This document shows positions 28,642 through 38,430 of a stretch of DNA of 64,000 bases, one piece after another. The DNA is from Deltaproteobacteria bacterium (GTDB taxonomy: Bacteria; Desulfobacterota; GWC2-55-46). Location: contig JACREU010000070.1 of assembly GCA_016212705.1 (NCBI GenBank), forward strand, positions 2,524 to 66,523. Direction: 5' to 3'. The translations under genes were made by a program, and so were the position numbers. A model generated the notes under the pieces. It ran no database searches and was not told the DNA's origin. It saw nothing but the letters and a program-made list of their open reading frames with translations. The stretch's first letter is position 1. Each line of letters begins with the position of its first letter.

Positions 28642-29097
28642 ATGAACAAGTTCGTATTCAAGCTCGAGCCGCTTTTCGAGTACAGGGAGAGGCTGAAGGA
28701 ACTCTCGCAGAAGGAGTTCGGAGAGGCGCTTAAAAGGCTCGAAGACGAGGAGACGAAGCTTGCCGCGTTGAAAGGGCTCTACAGGAAGTCGTCCTCGGAT
28801 ATAGACGCGTTGAAGGAGAACGGCGCGCCGTTTGATGAGATAGAGCTCTACTATTCGTATGTCGTGGGGCTCAAAAGGCATATAGCGGGCCAGGAGCGGT
28901 GCATCGCCGAGTGCAGGCGCTCCCTTGAGGCCAAGAGGGGCGAGCTCCTCGAGGCCTCTAAAAAAACAAAGGTCATGGAGATAATGAAAGAGAAGTCGAG
29001 GCTCTCCTACAACGAGAAGGCGAATAAGGACGAGCAGAAGGCCACGGACGACCTCACGACAAGCAGGTTCAAGAGGGGGGCTGGAGATGAGAAATAA
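28642..29097 (+). CDS. fliJ: Flagellar export chaperone FliJ
   Basis: 151-aa coiled coil (FKLEPLFEYRERL...) directly after fliI. Confidence 0.7.
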   Translation: MNKFVFKLEPLFEYRERLKELSQKEFGEALKRLEDEETKLAALKGLYRKSSSDIDALKENGAPFDEIELYYSYVVGLKRHIAGQERCIAECRRSLEAKRGELLEASKKTKVMEIMKEKSRLSYNEKANKDEQKATDDLTTSRFKRGAGDEK

Positions 29098-29638
29098 GAT
29101 AGCCGCGCTTGTAGCCATAAAGGCCGTTATCATGTTGATATTGTTGGCTTCAGGCATCGGCGGGTTCAAGGCAGGCGACGTCTTCGCCGAGGCCGCGAAA
29201 GACGTCCACGGCGTGAAACCGGCTGTTTCGGAGACCAAGCCCGGGAGCGGGACGGAAAAGTCGCTCCTTGCCGCCATCAACTCGAGGCAGAGGGAACTCG
29301 ACCAGATGGACGAGGAGCTTAAGACCCGCGAGGAGAGGCTTTCGGTCATAAAGGCCGACATAGACGCGAGGATAGCCGAGTTGAACAAAGTCCACAACAA
29401 GATCGAGGCCTTCGTCAAGAAGATAGATGAAATCAACGACGAGCGAGTAAAAAAACTCGTAAGGATATATGAATCGATGGGCCCGGAGGAAGCGGCCAAC
29501 CGCATCGAGAAGCTCGACGAGGCTATGGCGGTCATGATACTCGCTTCCGTCAGCGAGAAGAAGGCCGCGAAGATACTCGGGTTTGTCGACGTCGATAAAT
29601 CGGTCCGCTTGAGCCGGTCGTTGAGGGTGAAGGATTGA
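29087..29638 (+). CDS. YlxF/MotE/FlbB-like flagellar protein with MgtE_N-type domain
   Basis: N-terminal TM, coiled coil, then LVRIYESMGPEEAANRIEKLDEAMAVMILASVSEKKAAKILG. The position after fliJ matches Bacillus ylxF. Confidence 0.55.
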   Translation: MRNKIAALVAIKAVIMLILLASGIGGFKAGDVFAEAAKDVHGVKPAVSETKPGSGTEKSLLAAINSRQRELDQMDEELKTREERLSVIKADIDARIAELNKVHNKIEAFVKKIDEINDERVKKLVRIYESMGPEEAANRIEKLDEAMAVMILASVSEKKAAKILGFVDVDKSVRLSRSLRVKD

Positions 29639-29665
29639 TGCCCCGCGTACCTGTTTTGAAAAAAT

Positions 29666-29700
29666 GAAAGGCGGGGCCAGAAGCCCCGCCTTTCTCTTTT
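29666..29700 (+). terminator. Rho-independent terminator ending the flgB-fliJ operon
   Basis: GAAAGGCGGGGC (29666-77), loop CAGAA, GCCCCGCCTTTC (29683-94), followed by TCTTTT. Confidence 0.8.
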
Positions 29701-29916
29701 AAACCTGCCTTTGGCCTCCTCAGGGATATCGCCGTCATTTTCTCCATCCGAACCATAGCGAAGTCATAATAATGACGCGCCTGGAACCCAATCCATTGAC
29801 TCGCGACTTGCCCCGCCGTTATCAATAAAGTACCTCTGTAGTAAAGAAATAGATTTTCTCAGTAATTTCAACATGTTGGTCCGGCCGGTGCCTCTTGCCT
29901 GGGCACCCCAATCATC

Positions 29917-29932
29917 TGGCATGGGTATTGCA
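29917..29932 (+). promoter_or_regulatory. sigma-54 promoter of the fliL-flhG/fliA operon
   Basis: TGGCATGGGTATTGCA, 70 nt upstream of the fliL ATG. Confidence 0.7.
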
Positions 29933-30001
29933 GATACAATCGAACAACCAATACAGGTTTGTGTCATGACTTAGGCCAACCGGTTTTTCAAGGAGGATGA
30001 G

Positions 30002-30556
30002 ATGGCTGACGCTGAAAGCAAAAAAGGGAAGGAAGGCGAGGAGCATGCGCCACCGCCCAAGAAAAAGTCCAAGCTCCTTCTGATAGGCATCGCCGCGGTC
30101 GTTGTCCTGGGGCTCGGGGCAGGCGGGTTCTTCTTCATGAAGTCTAAATCCTCTCCAGACAAGGCGCATGGCGCTGAGGAAGTTGCCGCGGCCGAAGGGG
30201 AGGGAAAGTCAACGGAGGGGGGGCACGGGGGCGAGGCAAAGGCGGGCGAGGCCCAGTCGACCATATTCAACCTCGACCCTTTCATAGTTAACCTCCAGGA
30301 CAACTCCGGCACGAGGTACCTGAAACTTACCGTCAACCTCGATCTCACGTCCCCCACTGCGCAGGCGGAGATCACCGCGCAGACGACGCAGATAAGGGAT
30401 TCCCTCATTATACTCCTCTCCTCCAAGAGTTACACGGACATTGGTACGGTCGAGGGCAAGTACCAGATGAGGGACGAGATAGTGGCGAGGGTCAACCAGT
30501 TTTTAACCAAGAGCAAGGTGAAGACGGCGTACTTCACCGAGTTCGTCATACAGTAG
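30002..30556 (+). CDS. fliL: Flagellar basal body-associated protein FliL
   Basis: Single TM followed by IFNLDPFIVNLQD..GTRYLKLTVNLDL. Confidence 0.85.
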   Translation: MADAESKKGKEGEEHAPPPKKKSKLLLIGIAAVVVLGLGAGGFFFMKSKSSPDKAHGAEEVAAAEGEGKSTEGGHGGEAKAGEAQSTIFNLDPFIVNLQDNSGTRYLKLTVNLDLTSPTAQAEITAQTTQIRDSLIILLSSKSYTDIGTVEGKYQMRDEIVARVNQFLTKSKVKTAYFTEFVIQ

Positions 30557-30567
30557 GCGGGGATAAA

Positions 30568-31566
30568 ATGGCGGAACAGATACTCTCACAGGTCGAAGTA
30601 GACGCCCTCTTAAAGGGCCTGTCGAACGGAGACATAAAGACCGAGGCTGAGGCTCACGACGCCGCCTCGGACTCATCCGTCAGGCCCTATGACTTCTCCA
30701 GCCAGGAGAGGACCGTAAGGGGCAAGATGCCTGCCCTTGACATGATTAACGAGAAGTTTTGCAGGTCGGTGCGCGGCCCGATATTCAACCTCCTCCGTAA
30801 AAGCGTGGACGTCGCCCCTGAGGGCGTAAAGACGATGAAGTACGAGGACTTCCTCAGGAACCTCCAGGTCCCGTCGTCGCTGAACGTCTTCCAGATGTCG
30901 TCGTTAAGGGGCCAGGGCGTGCTCGTAATAGACCCGAACCTCGTCTTCGTCATAGTAGACAGCTACTTCGGCGGCGACGGAAGGTTCCACACGAGGATAG
31001 AGGGCAGGGACTTCACAAACGTCGAGCAGTCGGTCATAAGGAAGGTAGCCGAGGTCATCTTCCACGAGATGAGCGAGATATGGAGGCCTGTCCACCATGT
31101 GGAGTTCAAGCCGGTCAGGTCCGAGATGAACCCCCAGTTCGTGAACATCGTCGGGAACATCGAGCAGGTGGTGGTATCGACCTTCAGGGTGGAGATAGAG
31201 TCCCAGCAGAACCGCTTCCTTTTCTGCATGCCCTTTTCTTCCATAGAGCCAATAAGGGAGAAGCTCTACGGGGGACAGAGGGTGGACGCGGTCGAGATCG
31301 ACAAAAGCTGGTCGCAGAACCTGATGAGGCGGTTCGGGTCGATAGAGCTGTCCATCTCCGGCGAGATGGGGAGGGCGAAGATAATGGTCTCCGAGCTCCT
31401 TAACCTCAAGGTAGGCGACATAATCCAGCTTGACAGGAAGGCGAGGGACCCGCTCAGGGTGTACATAGAGGGGGCGCCAAAGCTCATTGCAAAGCCCGGC
31501 GTCCTGGACAACAACTACGCTTTAAAGATAATGGAACCTATCCACGAAAGGGGGCAGGAGATATGA
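30568..31566 (+). CDS. fliM: Flagellar motor switch protein FliM
   Basis: N-terminal CheY-P binding motif LSQVEVDALL and the conserved core. Confidence 0.95.
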   Translation: MAEQILSQVEVDALLKGLSNGDIKTEAEAHDAASDSSVRPYDFSSQERTVRGKMPALDMINEKFCRSVRGPIFNLLRKSVDVAPEGVKTMKYEDFLRNLQVPSSLNVFQMSSLRGQGVLVIDPNLVFVIVDSYFGGDGRFHTRIEGRDFTNVEQSVIRKVAEVIFHEMSEIWRPVHHVEFKPVRSEMNPQFVNIVGNIEQVVVSTFRVEIESQQNRFLFCMPFSSIEPIREKLYGGQRVDAVEIDKSWSQNLMRRFGSIELSISGEMGRAKIMVSELLNLKVGDIIQLDRKARDPLRVYIEGAPKLIAKPGVLDNNYALKIMEPIHERGQEI

Positions 31567-31988
31567 CGAACGAGCAGGAGACAGGCGCGACTCTGGACGA
31601 CCAGTGGGGCGCGGCATTCGCGGAGCAGGCGCCGCCGCCGGAGCCACCGAAGCAGAACGAGACCTCGAAGAAGGAAGACGCCAGGCCGGCTAACTTCGGC
31701 TCGCTTAAGCAGGAGTCGAACGGGACGGTCACGAACCTCGACATGATACTCGACATACCCGTCACACTCTCCGTGGAGATGGGCAGGACCAGGATAATGG
31801 TAAAGGACCTCCTCCAGCTCGGCCAGGGCGCGGTCGTGGAGCTTGAAAAGCTCGCCGGAGAGCCGATGGAGATACTCGTAAACGGCAGGCTCGTCGCTCG
31901 CGGCGAGGCCGTCGTGATAAACGAGAAGTTCGGGATAAAGCTTACCGACATCGCAAGCCCCTCTGAAAGGATAAGCAAGCTCAGATGA
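31563..31988 (+). CDS. fliN: Flagellar motor switch protein FliN
   Basis: C-terminal SpoA domain (LDIPVTLSVEMGRTRIMVKDLLQLGQGAVVELEK). Confidence 0.9.
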   Translation: MTNEQETGATLDDQWGAAFAEQAPPPEPPKQNETSKKEDARPANFGSLKQESNGTVTNLDMILDIPVTLSVEMGRTRIMVKDLLQLGQGAVVELEKLAGEPMEILVNGRLVARGEAVVINEKFGIKLTDIASPSERISKLR

Positions 31989-32326
31989 CAGGCTCGTACG
32001 CATACCTCCTCGTGAAGGCGGTCCTGACGCTCGTCTTCGTCCTCGGCCTCCTCGGGGTCTCGCTCTACGCCCTCAAGTGGTACATGGCGAAGGGCGGAAA
32101 GACCTCCTCCAGGGGACCGTCCCCCGTGAAGGTACTCTTCACAGCGGTCCTCGGCCAGAAGAAGAACCTTGCGATAGTCGAGGTGGCGGGCGAGGTGATA
32201 GTCTTAGGCATCACGCCGAACGCGATAAGTTTTTTGACCAAAATAGAGAAGAACGAGACGATTGAGGAGCTCAAGAAAGGCAACGGCAGGCGCGGGCTCC
32301 TCGGTCTCTTTCAGGGCGGGTTTTAG
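31985..32326 (+). CDS. fliO: Flagellar biosynthesis protein FliO/FliZ
   Basis: Single TM, then LGQKKNLAIVEVAGEVIVLGITPNAISFL. It lies between fliN and fliP. Confidence 0.7.
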   Translation: MTGSYAYLLVKAVLTLVFVLGLLGVSLYALKWYMAKGGKTSSRGPSPVKVLFTAVLGQKKNLAIVEVAGEVIVLGITPNAISFLTKIEKNETIEELKKGNGRRGLLGLFQGGF

Positions 32327-32327
32327 C

Positions 32328-33098
32328 ATGAAGAGGAATATTATTGGAAGGGCATCGCTTATAACGGCCGTCGCGGCAACGGCGCTCGTCGCCCCGTCTC
32401 TCTCTTTCGGCGCGGACGCGCTCTCGCTCCCGAACGTAAGCCTCTCTCTCGGAGGAGCGTCGAGCCCCCAGGGGCTCGCCACGGCCATACAGATAATCCT
32501 CCTCATGACGGTCCTTACGCTCGCCCCGGCGATCCTCCTCCTTATGACCTCGTTTACGAGGATAGTCATAGTATTTTCAATACTCAGGCAGGCCATCGGG
32601 GTGCAGCAGGCGCCGCCGAACCAGGTCGTAATAGGGCTCTCGCTCTTCCTTACATTTTTCATAATGTCGCCGGCCTTCAACACGATTAACCAGAAGGCCC
32701 TGAAGCCCTACATGGAAGGCGCGATAAACCAGGAGCTGGCGCTCAACAACGCGCTCGCGCCGCTCCGCGAGTTCATGCTCCGGAACACGAGGGAAAAGGA
32801 CCTCGACCTCTTCATAAAGCTCTCCAAGTCACCGGCGCCGCATACAAAGGCCGACATCCCGACACTCGCCCTTATCCCGGCATTCGTGACGAGCGAACTC
32901 AAGACCGCGTTCCAGATCGGGTTCCTCATATATCTGCCGTTCCTCGTGATAGACATGGTGGTGGCGAGCGTCCTCATGTCCATGGGCATGATGATGCTCC
33001 CGCCCGTAATGATCTCTTTGCCATTCAAACTAATGCTTTTCGTGCTCGTGGACGGCTGGTACCTGCTCGTCGGGTCGCTTGTCCAGAGCTTCAGTTAG
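32328..33098 (+). CDS. fliP: Flagellar export apparatus protein FliP
   Basis: Signal peptide plus TSFTRIVIVFSILRQAIG and GFLIYLPFLVIDMVVASVLMSMGMMMLPP. The start was moved to in-frame ATG 32328 (track start 32262 overlaps fliO). Confidence 0.95.
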   Translation: MKRNIIGRASLITAVAATALVAPSLSFGADALSLPNVSLSLGGASSPQGLATAIQIILLMTVLTLAPAILLLMTSFTRIVIVFSILRQAIGVQQAPPNQVVIGLSLFLTFFIMSPAFNTINQKALKPYMEGAINQELALNNALAPLREFMLRNTREKDLDLFIKLSKSPAPHTKADIPTLALIPAFVTSELKTAFQIGFLIYLPFLVIDMVVASVLMSMGMMMLPPVMISLPFKLMLFVLVDGWYLLVGSLVQSFS

Positions 33099-33111
33099 AA
33101 AGGACGCGCGG

Positions 33112-33384
33112 ATGACGCCGGAGTTCGTGACAAGCATAGGCAAGGAAACGATAGAGGTGATCCTCATGGTCTCGGCCCCGGTACTCATAGCGGGCATGGC
33201 CGTCGGGCTCGCGGTCTCGATATTCCAGGCCGTTACGCAGATACAGGAGATGACGCTTACGTTCGTACCGAAGATAATAGTGGTCTTTGTCGTCCTCCTC
33301 GCGCTCTCACCGTGGATGATGGAGATAATGATCAATTTCACGCAGAAGATATTCACCGAAATCCCGCTCTACGCGAGAGGCTGA
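33112..33384 (+). CDS. fliQ: Flagellar export apparatus protein FliQ
   Basis: ~90 aa with two TM helices (SIFQAVTQIQEMTLTFVPK). The start was set to ATG 33112. Confidence 0.9.
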   Translation: MTPEFVTSIGKETIEVILMVSAPVLIAGMAVGLAVSIFQAVTQIQEMTLTFVPKIIVVFVVLLALSPWMMEIMINFTQKIFTEIPLYARG

Positions 33385-34154
33385 TGGAATTCACCCGATA
33401 CATACTCCAGAACTCGCCGACATTCCTATTCGTCCTTACGAGGACCACGGCGATAATATTCGGCGCCCCGATATTCGGCGCCTTCAACGTGCCGATGCAG
33501 GTGAAACTGGCGCTTTCTTTTCTCATAGCCCTCATCCTCGCGCCGATGACGCCGTTCGTCCCGATGCCGGAGACGATGACCGGGCTTGTCGTAAGCATGG
33601 GCGGCGAGATACTCATAGGCGCGTTCATAGGGCTCGCGATCAAGTTCGTCTTCACCGGCGTCGAGTTCGCGGGGCAGATCGCCTCCTTCCAGATGGGCAT
33701 CGGCATGGCGAGCGCCTACGACCCCATAAACAGCGCGCAGGTTACGGTCCTCGGCAAGATGATGTCGATACTTTCGCTCCTCATATTCTTAAGCGTCAAC
33801 GGCCACCTGATGGTGATAATGGCCCTTAAGAAGTCCTTTGACGCGATACCGCCATACGGGTTCCACTTGTCCGGCGAGCTCATGGAGAGCTTCATCGTCT
33901 TCTCAAGGGAGGTCTTCATACTCGCCGTGAAGTTCTCGGCGCCGGTAGTAGCCATCCTCGTCTTCGTAAACGTCGCCCTCGGCATAATGGCGCGGACGGT
34001 CCCCCAGCTCAACATGTTCGCCATAGGGTTTGCGATAACCATTACGGTAGGCTTCATAATGCTCGCGCTTTCGCTTCCGGTCTTCGAGACGGCGCTCATC
34101 TCCGTCTACGACAGGATGTGGCAGGGCGTATTCAACCTCATAAGGGTGATGTAA
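33384..34154 (+). CDS. fliR: Flagellar export apparatus protein FliR
   Basis: Multi-TM protein with FLFVLTRTTAIIFGAPIFG. ATG 33384 overlaps the fliQ stop (TGATG). Confidence 0.9.
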   Translation: MEFTRYILQNSPTFLFVLTRTTAIIFGAPIFGAFNVPMQVKLALSFLIALILAPMTPFVPMPETMTGLVVSMGGEILIGAFIGLAIKFVFTGVEFAGQIASFQMGIGMASAYDPINSAQVTVLGKMMSILSLLIFLSVNGHLMVIMALKKSFDAIPPYGFHLSGELMESFIVFSREVFILAVKFSAPVVAILVFVNVALGIMARTVPQLNMFAIGFAITITVGFIMLALSLPVFETALISVYDRMWQGVFNLIRVM

Positions 34155-34155
34155 C

Positions 34156-35228
34156 ATGGCCGAGGGCGATTCCCAGGAACGCACAGAACAAGCGTCATCG
34201 CGAAAGCGCGATCAGGCGCGCGAAGACGGGAGCTTCGCAACATCAAAAGAGCTCTCCACCTTTCTCATGATAGCCGGCTCGACGGCGGTGCTGTATTTCT
34301 CGGCGGTATGGATGTACACCGGGCTCGCTGACCTTATGAAGGGCTCCTTCAAGCTCCTTATGAGGGCGAGCTTACGGTAAAAGAGGTCTCGGGGCTCTTC
34401 AGCATGATCTCCTACAAGTTCTTCGTCATAATACTCCCGGCGCTCGCCATACCGATCTTCGGGGCGCTCTCCTACATTCTCCAGAACGGGTTCGCGCTGA
34501 CGACGAAGCCCATATCCCCGGACTTTTCAAAGCTCGACCCGCTCTCCGGCGCCAAGAAGATTTTTTCCACGCAGTCCCTTGTCGAGCTCGCCAAGTCGAT
34601 AGTGAAGATAAGCGTCATCGGGTTCGTAGTATACAAGGCGGTAGCGGGCGAGTGGCAGACGATGCCGTTCCTCATAGAGGCCGACGTGTTTTCGGTACTC
34701 ACGTTCGTAGGCTCCATGACCTTCAGGATAATGATGAAGACCCTCTGGGTGCTCGCCCTTATCGCGATAGTCGATTACGCCTTCCAGAGGTGGAGCTTCG
34801 AGAAGGGGCTCATGATGTCGAAGGAGGAGCTGAAGGAAGAGATGAAAGAGACCGAAGGCGACCCCATTGTAAAGGCGCGCATCAGGTCGATACAGAGGGA
34901 GCTCTCAAGGAAGCGCATGATGGCCGAGGTGCCGAAGGCCGACGTCGTGGTCACGAACCCGACCCACATCGCCGTCGCCATCAAATACGACAAAGAGAAG
35001 GCGAACGCCCCGATAGTCGTCGCAAAGGGCGCGGACCTGATCGCGGAAAAGATAAGGGAAGTGGCGAGGAAGCACGGGGTCCCGATAGTGGAGAACAAGC
35101 CGCTCGCAAGGACGCTCTTCAAGGCGGTTGACATCGGCAAGCAGATACCCGCCGACCTTTACAGGGCGGTTGCGGAGATACTCGCGTACGTATACAGGCT
35201 GAAAAACAGGGCGCGCAGAGGGCAGTAA
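34156..35228 (+). pseudogene. flhB: Flagellar export switch protein FlhB, interrupted by an apparent 1-nt frameshift (two ORFs: 34156-34380 and 34404-35228)
   Basis: The first ORF is a typical FlhB N-terminus (MAEGDSQERTEQASSRKRDQAREDG) and the second carries the NPTH autocleavage motif (VVVTNPTHIAVAI). The second frame is open back to 34332, and the first frame stops at 34378. Confidence 0.8.
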
Positions 35229-35247
35229 CCAGGGGAGAGGTCCGGAC

Positions 35248-37323
35248 ATGGCAAGCGTACTGGAATCATTGTCTAAATACAAAAAAGGCACCGAGCTCAT
35301 AGTGCCGCTCGGGATCGTGGGCATCCTCTTCGTCATGATACTCCCGCTCCCGTCGCTCGCGCTCGACCTCCTCCTTACGTTCAACATAACGGTTGCGATA
35401 GTCATCCTGCTTGTGGCGGTCTATATAGAGAAACCGCTGGATTTCTCCACCTTCCCTATCCTGCTCCTCATTACGACGCTCTTCAGGCTCTCGCTTAACG
35501 TAGCCTCAACAAGGCTCATCCTCCTCCACGGGGCCGAAGGGCCCTCAGCCGCCGGAGAGGTCATAAAGTCATTCGGAAACTTCGTCGTCGGCGGCAACTA
35601 CGCCGTAGGCTTTGTCGTCTTCGCCATACTCGTCATCATCAACTTCATGGTCATCACCAAGGGCGCCGGGCGCATAGCCGAGGTCGCGGCGAGGTTCACC
35701 CTCGACGCCATGCCGGGCAAGCAGATGGCCATAGACGCGGACCTTAACGCCGGCCTCATAGGGGACGAGGAGGCGAGGAAGAGGAGGAAGACGGTCGCGC
35801 TTGAGGCCGACTTCTACGGCGCGATGGACGGCGCCTCCAAGTTCGTCCGCGGGGACGCCGTGGCGGGCATACTCATAACGATCATAAACATTGTCGGCGG
35901 GCTCGTCATAGGGGTCCTCCAGCAGGGGCTCCCGGTAGGCGAGGCCGCCCGCGTCTATACGCTCCTAACCGTCGGCGACGGCCTCGTCGCGCAGATACCG
36001 GCGCTCATAATATCGACCGCCGCCGGCCTCGTCGTCTCGAACGTCAATACCGAGTCGGGCTTAAGCGAATCCATCGGCAGGCAGTTTATAATGCACCCTA
36101 AGCCTATATTCATAACCTCAGGGATACTCTTCATCTTCGGGCTCATCCCGGGACTGCCCCACGTCGCGTTCTTCGTTATCGCCGCGGCGACCGCCGGCGT
36201 CGGCTACATCGTCACCAGGGGCGCGGCCGAGCGCAAGGATGCGGAGGCGAAGGCGAAGGAGGCCCCGAAGGCGGCGCCGAAGAAAGAAGCGATCGAGGAG
36301 ATACCGCTCATCGACACCCTCGGCCTCGAAGTAGGCTACAGGCTCATCCCGCTCGTTGATTCCTCCGAGGGCGGCGAGCTCCTTGAGAGGATAAAGGCCA
36401 TAAGGAGGCAGTTCGCCGAGGAGATGGGCGTGGGCGTCCAGGCCGTACATATAAAGGACAACCTCCAGCTCAAACCCTCCGAGTACGTCTTCATCGTAAA
36501 GGGCGTGGAGGTTGCGCGTGGAGAGCTCCTGATAGGGCATTCCCTCGCGATAGACCCGGGTAACGCGCAGGGCGGCCTCGACGGCGTACCGACGACAGAC
36601 CCCGCCTTTGGCCTGCCGTCCCTCTGGGTACAGGACTCGCAACAGGAGAAGGCCCAGGTCCTCGGCTACACCGTCGTAAACCACTCGGCTATAATGGCGA
36701 CCCACATAACCGAGATAATAAAGGCCCACGCGCACGAGATACTCGGGAGACAAGAGGCGCAGGTCCTTCTCGACAAGGTGTCGAAGTCCCACCCCAAGGT
36801 CGTTGAAGAGCTCGTGCCGGGTCTGCTCTCCCTCGGTGCGGTGCAGAAGGTCCTCCAGAACCTCCTTAAGGAGAGGGTCTCCATACGCGACCTCCAGACG
36901 ATACTGGAGACGCTCGCAGACTACGCGCCGATAACCAAGGACACGGACCTCTTGACCGAGTATGTGAGGATGAACCTCGCCAGGCAGATATCGAAGACGC
37001 ATCAGACCCACGACCTCGTGATACAGGCGATAACGCTCAACCACGACATCGAGGAGACAATAGCAAAGGCGGTCCATGAGACCCCGCAGGGGTCGTTCCT
37101 TACGATAGAGCCGTCCATCGCGCAGAGGATACTCACGAGGCTCCGGGAGTCGCTCGAGGAGGTCATGGCAAAGGGGCACCAGCCGGTTTTGCTCGCCTCC
37201 CATCAGACGAGGCGGTTCGTAAGGAAGCTGACCGAGCGGTCCTTCCCGGCCATAGCGGTCCTTTCCCACAACGAGATATCAAATAATGTCAAGGTCCAGA
37301 CACTAAAGGTAGTGAGGTTGTGA
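35248..37323 (+). CDS. flhA: Flagellar export apparatus protein FlhA
   Basis: 691 aa with an N-terminal TM domain (FVVGGNYAVGFVVF..INFMVITKGAGRIAEVAARFTLDAMPGKQMAIDADL) and a cytoplasmic domain. Confidence 0.95.
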   Translation: MASVLESLSKYKKGTELIVPLGIVGILFVMILPLPSLALDLLLTFNITVAIVILLVAVYIEKPLDFSTFPILLLITTLFRLSLNVASTRLILLHGAEGPSAAGEVIKSFGNFVVGGNYAVGFVVFAILVIINFMVITKGAGRIAEVAARFTLDAMPGKQMAIDADLNAGLIGDEEARKRRKTVALEADFYGAMDGASKFVRGDAVAGILITIINIVGGLVIGVLQQGLPVGEAARVYTLLTVGDGLVAQIPALIISTAAGLVVSNVNTESGLSESIGRQFIMHPKPIFITSGILFIFGLIPGLPHVAFFVIAAATAGVGYIVTRGAAERKDAEAKAKEAPKAAPKKEAIEEIPLIDTLGLEVGYRLIPLVDSSEGGELLERIKAIRRQFAEEMGVGVQAVHIKDNLQLKPSEYVFIVKGVEVARGELLIGHSLAIDPGNAQGGLDGVPTTDPAFGLPSLWVQDSQQEKAQVLGYTVVNHSAIMATHITEIIKAHAHEILGRQEAQVLLDKVSKSHPKVVEELVPGLLSLGAVQKVLQNLLKERVSIRDLQTILETLADYAPITKDTDLLTEYVRMNLARQISKTHQTHDLVIQAITLNHDIEETIAKAVHETPQGSFLTIEPSIAQRILTRLRESLEEVMAKGHQPVLLASHQTRRFVRKLTERSFPAIAVLSHNEISNNVKVQTLKVVRL

Positions 37324-37324
37324 T

Positions 37325-38419
37325 ATGCATATAAAGAGGTTCACGGGACCAAGCGTAAAGGATGCGCTCAGGCAGGTAAAGGCCGAGTTCGGCGGCAACG
37401 CCCTCATCCTCAGCACCAAAAAGTTGAGCCAGGTCCTCCATGAGGTCGTCGCGGCCATAGACCACGACCTTGTCGAGGAGGCGGTAATAAGCCTCGACGC
37501 CCCGGTCTCCGCGTCCGCCCAGGCAAGCTCGTTTGGGGGCAAGGGCGGCGACGGCGGCAAGGGGCGCGGCATGGACGCGGTAAAGAGCGAGATAACGGAG
37601 CTGAAGGACCTCTGTCTCAAGATGCTCTCCGAGGCAGGGAACCCTGTCTCCAGCTTATATTCGAAGCTCTCTTCCGAATTCGCCGCGAACGGGGTGGACA
37701 AAAGGCTCGTTGACAGGCTACTCCTCAGCGCCTTTAAAGGAGTGGGCAGGAAAGAGGCCGTAGACGCCTCCTTCATGAGGTCGGAGTTAAAGGCGAAGTT
37801 GCTGGGCAATATTACCGTGGCGGACCCGCTCTCCGGGAAAGGCGTCGTTGCCTTTGTCGGCCCTCCGGGCGTGGGCAAGACCACGACTATCGCGAAGCTC
37901 GCGGCGATACACTCGCTTAAAAAGAAGAGGAGGCTCGCGCTCGTATCCTGCGACACATACAGGATAGCCGCGGCCGAACAGATGAAACTCTACGGCAAGC
38001 TCATCGGCGTGCCGACCGAGGTCGCAAGGGACACCAAAGAGCTCGCCGCGTGCCTTAGGATGCACCGGGACAAGGACCTCGTCCTCATCGACACCGCCGG
38101 GCGGAGCGTCAAGAGCAGGGAGCACATGGGAGAGCTCGCGGGGATATCGAGGATATCGCCACACATAAGGTTCAACCTCGTGCTCGGGGCCGACACCAGG
38201 GACGAGTCGCTCTACGACTGCGTAAAGGGATACGCCTCAGTGCCGGTGGACGCGCTCACCTTTACGAAGGTGGACATGAGCCGCGTCTACGGGCCGATAC
38301 TGAACACCATGATGCTCGCCAAAAAGCCCGTCTCATACCTCGCCGGCGGCCAGAGGGTCCCCGAGGACATCGAGACCGCTACCAGGGAGAGGCTCGTAAA
38401 CTTTTTCATGCAGAATTAA
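37325..38419 (+). CDS. flhF: Flagellar placement SRP-type GTPase FlhF
   Basis: GPPGVGKTTT, DTAGR and TKVD G-motifs. Confidence 0.9.
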   Translation: MHIKRFTGPSVKDALRQVKAEFGGNALILSTKKLSQVLHEVVAAIDHDLVEEAVISLDAPVSASAQASSFGGKGGDGGKGRGMDAVKSEITELKDLCLKMLSEAGNPVSSLYSKLSSEFAANGVDKRLVDRLLLSAFKGVGRKEAVDASFMRSELKAKLLGNITVADPLSGKGVVAFVGPPGVGKTTTIAKLAAIHSLKKKRRLALVSCDTYRIAAAEQMKLYGKLIGVPTEVARDTKELAACLRMHRDKDLVLIDTAGRSVKSREHMGELAGISRISPHIRFNLVLGADTRDESLYDCVKGYASVPVDALTFTKVDMSRVYGPILNTMMLAKKPVSYLAGGQRVPEDIETATRERLVNFFMQN

Positions 38420-38430
38420 GGAGACATGTA

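Noticed and set aside
34332-34380. Programmed ribosomal frameshift as the explanation for the flhB split.
   Set aside because: The overlap window has no slippery heptamer, homopolymer run or obvious downstream stimulatory structure. An indel or assembly error is more parsimonious, and the split is reported as an anomaly instead.
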